A DNA stretch of 64,000 nucleotides. It comes from Perkinsus chesapeaki ATCC PRA-425 (taxonomy: Eukaryota; Protista; Perkinsozoa). The DNA lies in contig JAAPAO010000034.1 of the NCBI GenBank assembly GCA_013115145.1, positions 58,054 through 122,053 on the forward strand, in the 5' to 3' direction. A model generated the notes under the pieces. It was not told where the DNA came from. It saw nothing but the letters and a program-made list of their open reading frames with translations, and ran no database searches. Positions 22,530 through 33,903 of the stretch are shown here, one piece after another. The first letter of the stretch is position 1; every line of letters starts with the position of its first letter. Made by a program: the position numbers and the translations under genes.

Positions 22530-24420
22530 TCATACCGACTTTCCCTCAATAATGCATTCCGGATGCCTACTTTTCTGAGCTTCATCTCTCCCCACTGACA
22601 GCGCCCAAGCCAGAGATGCCAATGAAGCTGGCGGGAAGGTATCAACCGGTAAGTGGGCTACACAGTATGAAGAAGTTATATCGCAGATGTCGGGGAAGAC
22701 CTCCGCGACGGGCCTAGAGAGGCATGCAAGTAACCGGCCGACCTCCACCTCAATAGACGTACGCTGATATATCTCTTACAGTGGCAGTAGCCCACATAAC
22801 CGAGGACAGCTCTACCGGCTTGAAGTCCTTCAGAAATGAGCTGGCACCGAAATGGATCTTATCAACCACGTACGAGAACCTAATAATAGCGACATCTTCA
22901 CTTGTACGTGGCTCGTATATTGGGTACATTTCATTGACGATATCCTTAAGCTCGTGTAACTCTGCAGGGTCATCTAGGAAGGTCCTAGCCTTAGCAAGTG
23001 ACCAACAGAGATTGGTCACATCAGGAGGGTTCATCAGATGGGACATAGCCAATGCCTTCTCTACGACCTGATAAGCGACACCCGAAATGATACAAACTGA
23101 AACCGCCGAAAGATGAAGGAGCTCAAGCACGAGTTTATTATTTATTATATGATAGCCGATCCCTTGGCAAATTGCATAACATGGAATTGGTGCAGCATCC
23201 AGGTCACCGGCTGGAAGGATCTTACAGTGCGGAGAAGATTCATGTCGACTATACGCAGCTTCGCCATGGCCCAGGAGAGATTGGCTAGATGCTGGCAACT
23301 ACAGTCTTCCTCGAGACGGCCTGAAACAACAAACAAGGTTGCGTTCGCTCACTACTCTGGCAAGAGAGTTTTCCCGAGGCAAATATTGTATACTATACCC
23401 GCAGCTTCCGACGAGAATACGTGAAGTATATTTTGGCGACAGAGAGTTCACTCACACTGTTGCAGCAAAGCCTTTATCTCGGGGCCGTAGCTGGTGGCGG
23501 CCTCCTTGGCATGGAACCGTGCGAGGCGATGAAATAGCGTCGCCCAATTGACTGTATTGAACATGTGACCTGATGAGCAGCAATGTCCTGATGAGCCCAA
23601 CTGGGCGTCTTACGATTAGTCTTGGCGACCTTGATTAGATCAGCCACACTGGCCTTTGGGTTCGTCAACGCGTTATTGATCTTAACTTGCTCTCTCGCCA
23701 AGACGAAGGAATCGTTCCCACCTTCAGAAGGGGACATCTGACCACAGCCACAAGTTGTAGCAACGAGTAACTCATATGAGACTGTGTCGGGACAGGCAAT
23801 CTCTTGCCTGTCCCTAAAGTTTATCGAGATTTCGGGCTTACGCTGCTTAGGACTGGAATGAGCAAGAATTGTTGTAGCTATAGAAATTATTTTTTCACAG
23901 GCATACGAGGCCACGCACTCATATACCGCCGCCTGCTGCCAGTGCAGTAATGGCGCCCTCAGCTCTACCCTTCGACCATGAAACCAACAGTAAGCTGCTG
24001 ATAATAAGAGCTACGACGTGCAAACAGCGATCTGGTCGAACATTGAGTTCGGCTCGAACCGATCAAGTAAACGTGAGAATTGGTAGTCCGTACCTTAGGA
24101 CTGCGACGGCGAAGCCTTGCATCGTCAGCGAACCCCTTCAAACTGCTTGATGATCTTGTGGATACCTCCGAATGATCTGATGGAACCAACTCCAATGTGG
24201 ATGTGGATAACAGAGACTAGACTCACTGATGAAGCTCCGTCTCCACCTTCTGCCATCACCAAGGAGGCTTGCGGTGCCGACTGCTCTACTACTAGAATCC
24301 TCGCCTTCTCGTACCTGCTAAAGGAAAGTGCCCAGGAAGCTGAAGAAAGCTACAGCTTTACCTGGTCACCTGTTGACCGCACCATTACAGAGCTGCGGGT
24401 CATTAGAGCTAATATGAAAC
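22530..24420 (-). CDS. Helical-repeat protein with OPR/HPR/FAST-like units, multi-exon
   Basis: Recurrent units CQHLANLSWAMAKLR, NPPDVTNLCWSLAKAR, FKPVELSSVMWATATVR, FPPASLASLAWALSVGR; both boundaries approximate. Confidence 0.65.
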
Positions 24421-24528
24421 AAATAACTATTAAAGTGGGCAGTGGGGCGTCGAGGAAGCCAAGACAGGATTTGGCATTGAGAAACGTTAAAGACAGTGAT
24501 GGTATGAAGTATACAGTAGAGGTAGCAG

Positions 24529-27500
24529 CTAAGGGAAAGCTCCACTGGGCTGATAGTAGCCGCCACCAGCCCCACCACCGGAGAGGTCTGCCAGGGACGT
24601 ATACCTATCCAAGTAACGCTTCTCGTCTTCAGCGGTTACCTGATAACAAATAAAGGAATCAACTCATTTATAAATAACGAACTTTCCTGCTCTATCAAAA
24701 ATCGCTCAAATGAATTTCGGAAATGTTTAAATTTCTACTTCTCTTTACCAAACGCCCAAATTCGGAAGACGACCAGTCCTTGATCAGGTCGGACTGAAGA
24801 TGTAAAAATGTGACCCAAAAACCCGATCTCCACCTATTTTGGAAAACCCTGCCAGAATGGTGGAAATCTCCGAGTTCTCGAGATCCGAGAACTCGAGGTT
24901 AAGTAGTGTGAGAGCAAACGGCTACGAAACAGTACTGGTAGTTCCGTAGCTCCCTTTCAAAGTGTTAAGTAGACGACCGTCGAGAGACTTTAAACAGATC
25001 GTTAAGATGGGGCTTACTGTGAATTTTGAGTCGCATATACTGAGGTTTAGTTCCTCTTCCTTAGCAGCCGCAGCACCACTGCCCCCTGCTGACAATGCCA
25101 TCTCCAATACATGCTGTTCAGCCTCCGGGCCACCATAGGCGAACTTCAGACCCGACTTCCGCACTGACTCATCGAAGTCTGCTATGACCTGATCATTGTT
25201 CAAGAAATATAATTAGACAATTATATGTTTAAAGAGTAGTAAATATCTGTCGTTTCAGCAAGCATAGAGTAAGACCTGTTCTGAGCGCATTTTCACAGGG
25301 TTAAAGCAGCGAAAGGGCGACGATCAATGAGACGCAATAAGAAGTTCGCTGAGTAGGTGTTGTTGATCGTGTATTCGGCTGACCTATGATAATACCATCT
25401 CGCAGCTTAAACCCTGTTATAGTAATATATCTCATTAAATGAGTTATATTATTATAACTAAGTCGTCGGCTTTATAGGATCAGGGGGGGGGCAATAGGAC
25501 CACATATCACACCTCTTGTTGCACCCAATAACAACTTATACGAATGTACGATATATATTAGCTCCTTACCGAGCAGAACTTACCTTGAAACTGTAGCCTT
25601 GGTCAACCAAATACTTCTGCCTTTTCAATGCATATTCCTTCTCTGGAGTATCCTTCGACACAAGCGAATAGAAGTACCTGTCATCCCATCACCATCAATG
25701 ACGGTCAGTAGGCCTACGCATTGAAGCCAGCATCGTCACGATAGGCTTTAGGTCGCAAAATACGACCAAGTCGCTGAGCCTCTTGCCGTCGACTTCCATA
25801 ATGTGAACTTATTTGTATAACCACATTCGCATTGGGTATATCAATGGCATTGTCACCGACCTAAAAGGGGTATCTCCACCGATGAGGAAGCTCCGTGGCC
25901 TGCCTACCTGCGAAAGGTAAATGCAATTGATCTTGTCACTGTGCTGGAAGCATCTAATACAAGCCATTCTCTCGGCCATACTGACGCTTCCACAAATGAA
26001 GGCTTTCTTAGTTCGCTGAGCCATCTCCTTTAACAGCACCACATTATCGCAGAACACAATTATCTTGTCCCCTCTAGACTCGTGCAAGGCCACTAGATAC
26101 TCGCAGGCGGTGAGCTTATTGGTGTTGGAGGTGTACCTATTAGGCATCACAGCAGACTACAACAACTTATCGCCCCCAATGCCTGAACATTGCAACTATA
26201 GGAACGCTGGAAGAGGTAAACACATATCTGTGATACTGTTTCCTATGGCTCGCCAGTCTACACCACTGCCTCTCAAGGAGTTCCTCTATGCGATTCTCTG
26301 AAAACTCTTACAGTGCTCGCTTGACGTGATAGCTGCTGGTCTCCAGATAAGCCTTCCAGAACAATGGAGGCATCTCGCTCCACACTTCAATACATTGCAC
26401 CTATTCTCATCATATCATAATTCCGTCTTTACGGCTTGACCGACTCTGGCAAGGTAACCTGCATTGACGAGCTCCTGCCAGTTAGCTTCGTAAAGTTTGG
26501 GGCCGATGAGATACTGGAGATCTTCCACTAGGTCATCTTCACGCACGAGAGTAGCAGTGAGGCCTGTATGACGAGTTTTACGGTTTTTCTATCAGAAACT
26601 GCTACCAAGCTTGCAATGGGCTCGCACTGTAGTGGCAACCGAACGGAACGTCTTTGCTGGCATAACTTGCACCTAGCCGCGTACAATGGACTTCCAAGCC
26701 GGAAAGACGTTCACCTCATCAGCAACAAGCAAGCCCCATTCTAGCTTGGTCACAGATTCGAACACCGCTTTGGACGCTCTTGACATTCTCTCATAGGAGA
26801 CAGAGAACATGCTGTATCTATAGAAGAAGGTATAAAACAGGTCGTGTTGGGAAAAGGAGATATTTCCGAGCGAAATTTCGGCAACTTCTGGAAAATTGCT
26901 ACCTAAATTGCTTTAAAAGTTTTGAAACTATTGGTATGAATGAATCCCCGTGCACAGATGTTCCGTTACGCACTTGTTCAGGAATCAGCTCAACATAGTC
27001 GATTGGAACTACAAACTCACAAATGTGATAGAGGAACGTCCGTTGTAACCAGAAGAAGGAATGTACTCAATGCTTCCCTTTGGCCTCGAAACACACAGCA
27101 TTTCTCCTTATGAAATTTCCATTGCCCTCAGAAGCGCTTTCCCGTCCCAAGAACACGTCGCTATAAGTGTAGATGACCCCCCCGTTTACGTGCTGATGAG
27201 AATGCAAGGCCGATCCTCAGGTATAGGCTGCTTGTTCTCGGCAGTGAGCGTGATAACATCATCTGGAGATATCGAACAGAACAGCTCAAATTGCCTCTTC
27301 CACTGGTCAACTGCAACCGCCGTAGTTGTCAGGACCTGTAACGTTCGCCCCATCACAAATGTACTTCTACTGCTGCTGCTCACCATCGTGCGCTTCTTCA
27401 TAGTTGCCGCAGCTGTGATGCCCACGAGAGTTTTACCAGCACCACACGGCAACACAATCATACCTTAGGTATGACAGTCTAACTAACCAAGCCAGCAGCA

Positions 27501-30500
27501 GCAATAATGAGATTACCGCTCCGGGCTCGGCTACCACTAAACATCTTATGTAGAGACCGCTCCTGATAAGGTCGAACTACTGTGGTCGGCCTGAGGAAAA
27601 GATACGAGCATGGTGGCCGAGGGACAAATAATCGCGATTTAGCGTTAATATTGCAGCGGGGATGCCCATTAAGAGAGAGCGGATCATCGAAACAGATGAC
27701 GGGATGACCCTCAACACTGGTGGAGACCTCCGGCTCGATCTAATGGCTGCTCGAAGTAAGCATTTCAAGATCCGCTACACTTTCAAGAAGGAATGAAGAA
27801 GCTCTACCGGATCCAATTGGCCCATGCTAGGCTACGATAACCACTAATTAAGACCACATGAAACGGCCGAGAAGTTCTGTGACAACGAATGTAATACAGC
27901 AGCTAAGCATGACATAATTGGATTTCATGGTTAAATTGGACGCTCTAGCTATCGAGTTTCGACTTCTTTATGTTAAATTCCTAACTTATTTGGACCACTG
28001 TATACCGAAGCGGCCATACCAACCCAGTCGCCTACGGAGGTAGGCCTACCTAAACTGCATGTTAATGTAATTGGAATCATCGTCATCACGGAAGTCGTAC
28101 TCCTCCAGGAGAGGTATCCGGATCTCCCGATACCTAAAAATGGCAATAAAATCGCATCGCTCCGCCTACGCCTACGCGGTGGCCTTCACAGTTTCGACAT
28201 CTGCCGAGTTAATTTCGAACATGTGAACCACTTGGTGCTCCGGCTGCTTGCCTCCTGCTGCTGCTGTTGCAGCCGAGGTCGCCACACTCGGGTTGGTCTC
28301 CGCAGTAGTAGCTGTACGTTTATCAAATGGTGTTTAGGAAATAGTAGCAGGCCTACTGGAGATAATCTGGCCCAGTTTACACTTCCGTATCTTGCTGTTA
28401 TCTTCGATCATCCTCAACAAGGACAAATCGCTTGATTCCACAAAGTACCTGTAAACTCAGGATCCAGTGTGCCTCAGATACCGCTTCTCTTGTGGAGATG
28501 CAAAAGGGTCCTAGACGATAAATTCTTCCTAGTGCGAAGATACGCCACAAATAACTCTCCTCGGTGAGCAGCATATGAACGTTCCTGATTTGCTTACCTA
28601 TTTCGCCTCAATACCAAGCGGACCTTTCCAATCCTCGAGCCGCTTTGCTGGATGTACTCTCGAAGAACGGGATCAATGTGGTTCTTGGAGAATCGATCAA
28701 GATCCGCTATCACTTCCTCCACAGACATTCCCAGTGATATCGCGGCGTATCTTTACAAAACCGCACTGCGAAGATTTTCACCGCACCGAACCAAACTTAC
28801 AGTGAGAAAACTGTTATTTGGAAATGGTGAACCTGAAAGGGGACGAATCCTTCGACCAAGAACAGGTAAATACCACTGCTGCTGCCTTACCCATGAGGGT
28901 CTGGAGATAGGCTCAGCAATGGCCACTAGGAAGTCCGTAACAGGGCCGAAAAGGTCAGGGTGAAGCCCCGCTTCGAAGATGATACGACCGTCTGGGCAGA
29001 CCTTACAAGGATAATAGTAAAATTCAAGGGAAAATATCTACCCATAGTGGTCGCTCCCTGTGATCTGGTTCAAGCTTCATGCGAGCTGATAAATCCACAA
29101 GTTGAGTCGTGGCAATATCCTGACATTAACAACAGCAGTGAAGTCTACAAGGTGATAAGTAACAATACCAACTACATAAGATCCTATTAAGTCATTGCAG
29201 GGTCAGCAAGGCGACTAGAGCCACCGTACGGATAGAAGCATGAAGTACCGCCACAGCAGTGGTACTATGACTAGCTAATACGAGTAAGGCAGCTCCACTT
29301 CAACACTCTATTGCATTTGTCCCTTTCCTCCGAATGTATCACATCGCCTCTTAGTAGCTGTCATTCCTCATAGCTCTACTAAAGTGTTGGTATAGTCGGA
29401 TTAATAATAAATAACACAACTGATAATAATCCTAATATCGTCTGATACATCGTCCTTCCCCGCATTTCCCCGTACTCCATCCTCCCCTCACCTGAGTCTC
29501 CCCAATAACAGGAATCGGTCGGCTGGATATCTCGCCACTAGTCGCCGCCTTCGAAGAGTAGATCCTCAATGCCGAGCGACCACCTAATCACACTTCCCGT
29601 CCTTCAAAGCTACAAGCCTTGGCACATACTGGGAGGGAACTGCGCCGCCGCTGCCGCTTGTTGTTGCTGCTGCTGCTGCAAGGCCGATGCCGTGAGCTTA
29701 ATGCCAGGGGGCAGTGCCTGTACGAAGGAGATAGGGACAGAGCAACAGCACTCCAGAGGACTACTGTAGAGGAGAGACTAGAAGTAGGGGAGCCTCCGAA
29801 ATCCCCTTTAACTGCATTCACAGCTGCTTCACCACCACCGCCTCCACCAGAGCCCTTTAGACGTATGCGATTGCTTCGGATAGAATAGACAGACTGTGCT
29901 GCGGCGCTACCAGCAACACCACCGGCCATACCTGGGTGTCGGGGTGGATGTGGCCGCACACGTACGAGAATGCAGAAGAGATTTCGAAATATTGCGATAG
30001 ATTTTTACATGTCATTGGCTCTTGGACTTCTACCAGAACTATCAAGACTCAATGTCGAGTGATATATAGGACTCAAGAGACATTGCTGAAGCTGTCAGTA
30101 ATAACAGAGCGATTTCGTCAAGTATGAACACTGGGGAACCGTATAATCGTTCACAGGTCCCCGTGCCCTGCGCTGGAGCCCACAGAGCCAGTGTAAAATG
30201 TACAGCATTTCAAGAACTAGATACTTCGAACTGGATAAGCAAATATATGACAAGATACATACCTTTGACATAGCTCTACGCAAAGCAAATACACAAGACT
30301 CAGCATGCCGAGATAGAAAGGTCGCAATTGATAGCGGACCATAAACTACGTAGAGGACCAATAATAATCGAATGTGATCCGACAGCCTTCCTCCCCCTCA
30401 CTCGCATCCATTTGCTCCTTTTCCTTCTTCTTCTCCTTTTTCTCTTTCTTCTTCTTTTTCTTTTCTTTTTTATCCTTTTTGTCTTTATGATGATGGTGAT

Positions 30501-30630
30501 GATGACGCTTCTTACTATCGCCTTCGCTCCCCATAGACCCCTTCCGTTTCGCTATCGATCCCTTCGACACCCGAGGGCTTATCGACGCTCCAAGTGTCAC
30601 TATTTCATCATCAGAGCCCTTCTTCCCCAT
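24529..30630 (-). CDS. ERCC3: TFIIH helicase XPB (Ssl2/Rad25), highly spliced, with long low-complexity N-terminus
   Basis: [53 protein letters not shown] (motif I), [20 protein letters not shown]-terminal TSLADLSGG; stop 24529. Start at MGKKGSDD (30630) is inferred from the MGK/Lys-rich start of known XPBs; core 24529-29130 is secure. Confidence 0.92.
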
Positions 30631-30679
30631 ATTACCACAGCCACTGCCAAATACCCCGACTACCACCTCTCTACTAAAA

Positions 30680-31903
30680 CACAACCCAGTCTCGAAAGTT
30701 AATATTGAGATCTTGAACGTGCTGCTGAAGTCCTCCGACTACTTCTAGTAGGCATACTGTTACCGAGCACCCGTGCACGCTCCAGCTCCAACCTAGAGGA
30801 AAGACTAGGTCAACGCCAAGCTGCTGATTGACAAGGGAAGACATAAAGCCCAATAGTGGTAGTTTTTATATATATGGTAATTTAATTATTGATATTATAA
30901 ACTTTAATAGTTAAACTTCAATTTATAATAATTATTAATGAACGTATCCAGTAGTGTCCAACACCTTACAATGCCACATGCCTATATAGACAATAGTACT
31001 ACATAGACAACCCCATTACTTCTACCAAACACTGCAAGCTCTCAGCTCGAGTCACATCGAACGAAAGCTACAGCCCTTCCATGTCCCTCAGTAATAGACT
31101 ACATCCCACCGTACCGGTCGACGTTGAAATCTCCGTAGCACTCGCCCCGTTACTACCGGCTTATCATACTTGACAAGGTCTGATTCTCGATCCTTAGTGC
31201 CTTCAACTCCATATCAATCTCCTGGATGCTATAGACCTTTGATGACTGAGCAGCAGCATCACCTGGAAACACACATCAACTGAGGAGCGCACATATCCAA
31301 CTTTAGGCAGTCAATAGCAGAAGGAAATTGAAAGATACATAAACAACAGCCATACCAAGTACTTCATAATGGATATTTATGTCAGTTTTCGGCAAGTATC
31401 TATAGCATCGACGTCCGGCCTCAGACCTAACAATCAGTCCGGGCTTGTTGTAAGCCCTCTCACCAATCGACGATTGTACCAACGTGGGCTCATATACATA
31501 TGCACACGGAGCGGCAGCCAGGACGCAGGCGCGAAGACCTTATTATTCGGTTCCACGCCTTCACTGAGTTCCCACTATACTGTTATCCTTGAGTCTATTT
31601 TATTATTGTTACTATTATATGCCTCCTTATTTTTCAAGTGAGAAGTATTATTGTTTGATTTGCAATAATGACATTCCGGCTATCCTTGAGCAAACCACCA
31701 AGCGACACCTTACTCTACCCAGTATTACCGGCTGCCCCCTGTACTGAAGCTAAGCCTCCTTCACCTAGTAGCAACTGAAATTAAATGGTATGCTACTATA
31801 AGAGATATGCTACTCTATGATAGTCAATCCTTCCAGATTGGTCTGGAGAAGTAACCGAGGATGAAGGTGATGATGAGGAGGAGGAGGAGGAAGGAGGTAA
31901 CAT
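30680..31903 (-). CDS. Small Ser-rich/coiled-coil hypothetical protein, multi-exon
   Basis: MLPPSSSSSSSS...DYHR|LLLGEGGLASVQGAA|GDAAAQSSKVYSIQEIDMELKALRIENQTLSSMISR|LELERARVL; splice phases consistent. Confidence 0.45.
31402..31492 (-). pseudogene. Duplicated exon-intron-exon fragment of the calmodulin-like gene (source 52227-52323), inside an intron
   Basis: GCATCGACGTCCGGCCTCAGACCTAACAAT...TGTAAGCCCTCTCACCAATCGACGA aligns with GCATCGGCGTCCGGCCTTAGACCTAGCAAT...TGTAAGTCATCTCACCAATCGACGA, intron included. Confidence 0.8.
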
Positions 31904-32212
31904 TATATTGATTATTAAACTAATAACTTAATATAAACGATAACTAAATATACTGTACTGTGACCTAACACCATCCACTTGCCCTCCTCCCCACCACAGA
32001 CCAATTACAGTTCCGACAACATCCCCATTCAACCCTTTTCACACCTCAAGGGTCCTCACTTTTACTCCCAGCTAATAAACCAATCCCTATACTGATGCGT
32101 ATGTAGTCTGCCCATCGCAGGTACTAATCAGCCACGGCAATTTCCCAGGTTACTAATAACGCAACCCCAAAGTCTATCCACCATCCCTACATGGATGAGC
32201 ATGCCTATCCAC

Positions 32213-33811
32213 CTATCCCCCTTTATACCGCCTATATAAGTGATCCATATTCCGTTTAAGAGCTTTCAATACCCCTATGTAAGGCGAGCAGCTAGGGACG
32301 CCACTCCAGTAATCAAACCAGCACTCAACAGACTTCATATACGCCCGAATTCCTCTCATACCGTCTTTTCCTCCAAGCCCCTTCAAATGCTGGTATAGCT
32401 CCTCCAAAGACTCTCCTTCTCCCCAACGAACCACAAATCTGGAATAATCAATTTCGCTTTGAAATGGCAGCTCAAATCTGTCGCTGATAACAACTGGAAT
32501 GCACCCGCCAAATACTGCCACGTAAAAGTGTATAGTCCATGGAGTTATGCCCCTCGGCGCCACACAAAACTTCGACCTCCCTATCACTTCATGGTAGCCG
32601 TCAATAAAACCCCCAACACTGACATCTTCCTTCCCCGAAAGCTCCTCCAAAATCCTAGTTCGGACGCTCACGTTCTGATAGCTCTCATCGATATCGGAAT
32701 GCCGGCCGTGAAAAGATAACAAAATGCTTCGTTTCGCCCACGGATGGTCGAATTTCCGCAGCTCGTCGATTCGCCATTTATCTACGTAACCCGGAATGAT
32801 AACGTCTTTCCACGGTGAAAAACTAGGAAACAAATTTCGCTTCGCTCCGCCTTCACAAGCAGCTTCAACCTGTATATTTTGCACCCGTCCAGCCAGCTGT
32901 CGCCACTCAAAACTTTCCTTTTCGATCTCGCAAGGATACTTTCCCCAGCTCCACAGAGCCACATGATCCACGCCTCCCCGACGATCCAGAAAACCTTTAC
33001 GGTGCGTAAGATCCAAGATTTCCTCCATTAAGATCCCACCGACCGATTTATTGCTATCAGCTGGTTTGAAATCATCCAGCCAATCAAGCATGTCGAGACA
33101 CTTGAAATATGTCGGCAATAAAAAGATATTTGCGAGCTCAGGATCATCAACTATGCAATCAGACTGTCGAGAGAGGAATAATGGGATATACACCTCACTG
33201 GCGTACATACCAAATCCGCACGTTAATGGTGCGCCATTTTTAAACAAGGGGAGATACTGCCGATCGTTTTTGTCCAACGGCGGCCGATGACCCTTGGTGA
33301 AGTCGGGGCTTATGGAGTGATACAAAAATACACGCAGGCCCGTTCCAAAGCAATCCCCATTCGCATCGCTCCGCTCAGAATCTCCCATCAAGAATCGCAT
33401 TACGTTCAACTGCCTCTCAATTCCCTCCCAGTCCCAATATATCGTCGAGTTATCTACCCTTCCTTCCCCTAATAACATCATCCCTTCTTCAACTATCCTC
33501 GAAGCCTTTTCCCTCCCACTATCGTAATCGACAGCTATAGCGCTCAATAAAGCCAGCACACCGCTTCCCACCCTACACTCTGCCTTATCCTCATCCGTTA
33601 GTACCTCCATCCAGCTTCTAAACTCGCGCATATGGTTCAAGGAAACCGCCGTGTCGATGTGAAATGTTGACCACTTCGATACATACTCCCAAAAACCTCC
33701 AGCAAATACATCAACAAGCTGCGGTGGCGTCCTACTGCAGCTTAGTGAGGTCGAACAGATATAGAGGAGAGACAGAATGAACAGCAAACACCATTGAAAC
33801 CTAGGCATCAC
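32213..33811 (-). CDS. Exostosin-family (GT47) glycosyltransferase, intronless, 532 aa
   Basis: Signal/anchor N-terminus; DDPELANIFLLPTY, KDVIIPG, LLSFHG, SKFCVAPRG, GCIPVVISDRFELPF motifs. Confidence 0.92.
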   Translation of the reverse strand: MMPRFQWCLLFILSLLYICSTSLSCSRTPPQLVDVFAGGFWEYVSKWSTFHIDTAVSLNHMREFRSWMEVLTDEDKAECRVGSGVLALLSAIAVDYDSGREKASRIVEEGMMLLGEGRVDNSTIYWDWEGIERQLNVMRFLMGDSERSDANGDCFGTGLRVFLYHSISPDFTKGHRPPLDKNDRQYLPLFKNGAPLTCGFGMYASEVYIPLFLSRQSDCIVDDPELANIFLLPTYFKCLDMLDWLDDFKPADSNKSVGGILMEEILDLTHRKGFLDRRGGVDHVALWSWGKYPCEIEKESFEWRQLAGRVQNIQVEAACEGGAKRNLFPSFSPWKDVIIPGYVDKWRIDELRKFDHPWAKRSILLSFHGRHSDIDESYQNVSVRTRILEELSGKEDVSVGGFIDGYHEVIGRSKFCVAPRGITPWTIHFYVAVFGGCIPVVISDRFELPFQSEIDYSRFVVRWGEGESLEELYQHLKGLGGKDGMRGIRAYMKSVECWFDYWSGVPSCSPYIGVLKALKRNMDHLYRRYKGG

Positions 33812-33903
33812 TGCGCCACCACCAAGTTCTCATTTGTATCCAACAATACTCTCATTAATATCAGAAACCATATTCGTATAGGAAACATGTCGCACGTAGC
33901 CCC

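Noticed and set aside
24117-24653. 178-aa plus-strand ORF
   Set aside because: Overlaps antisense to the last XPB exon and the next minus gene's first exons
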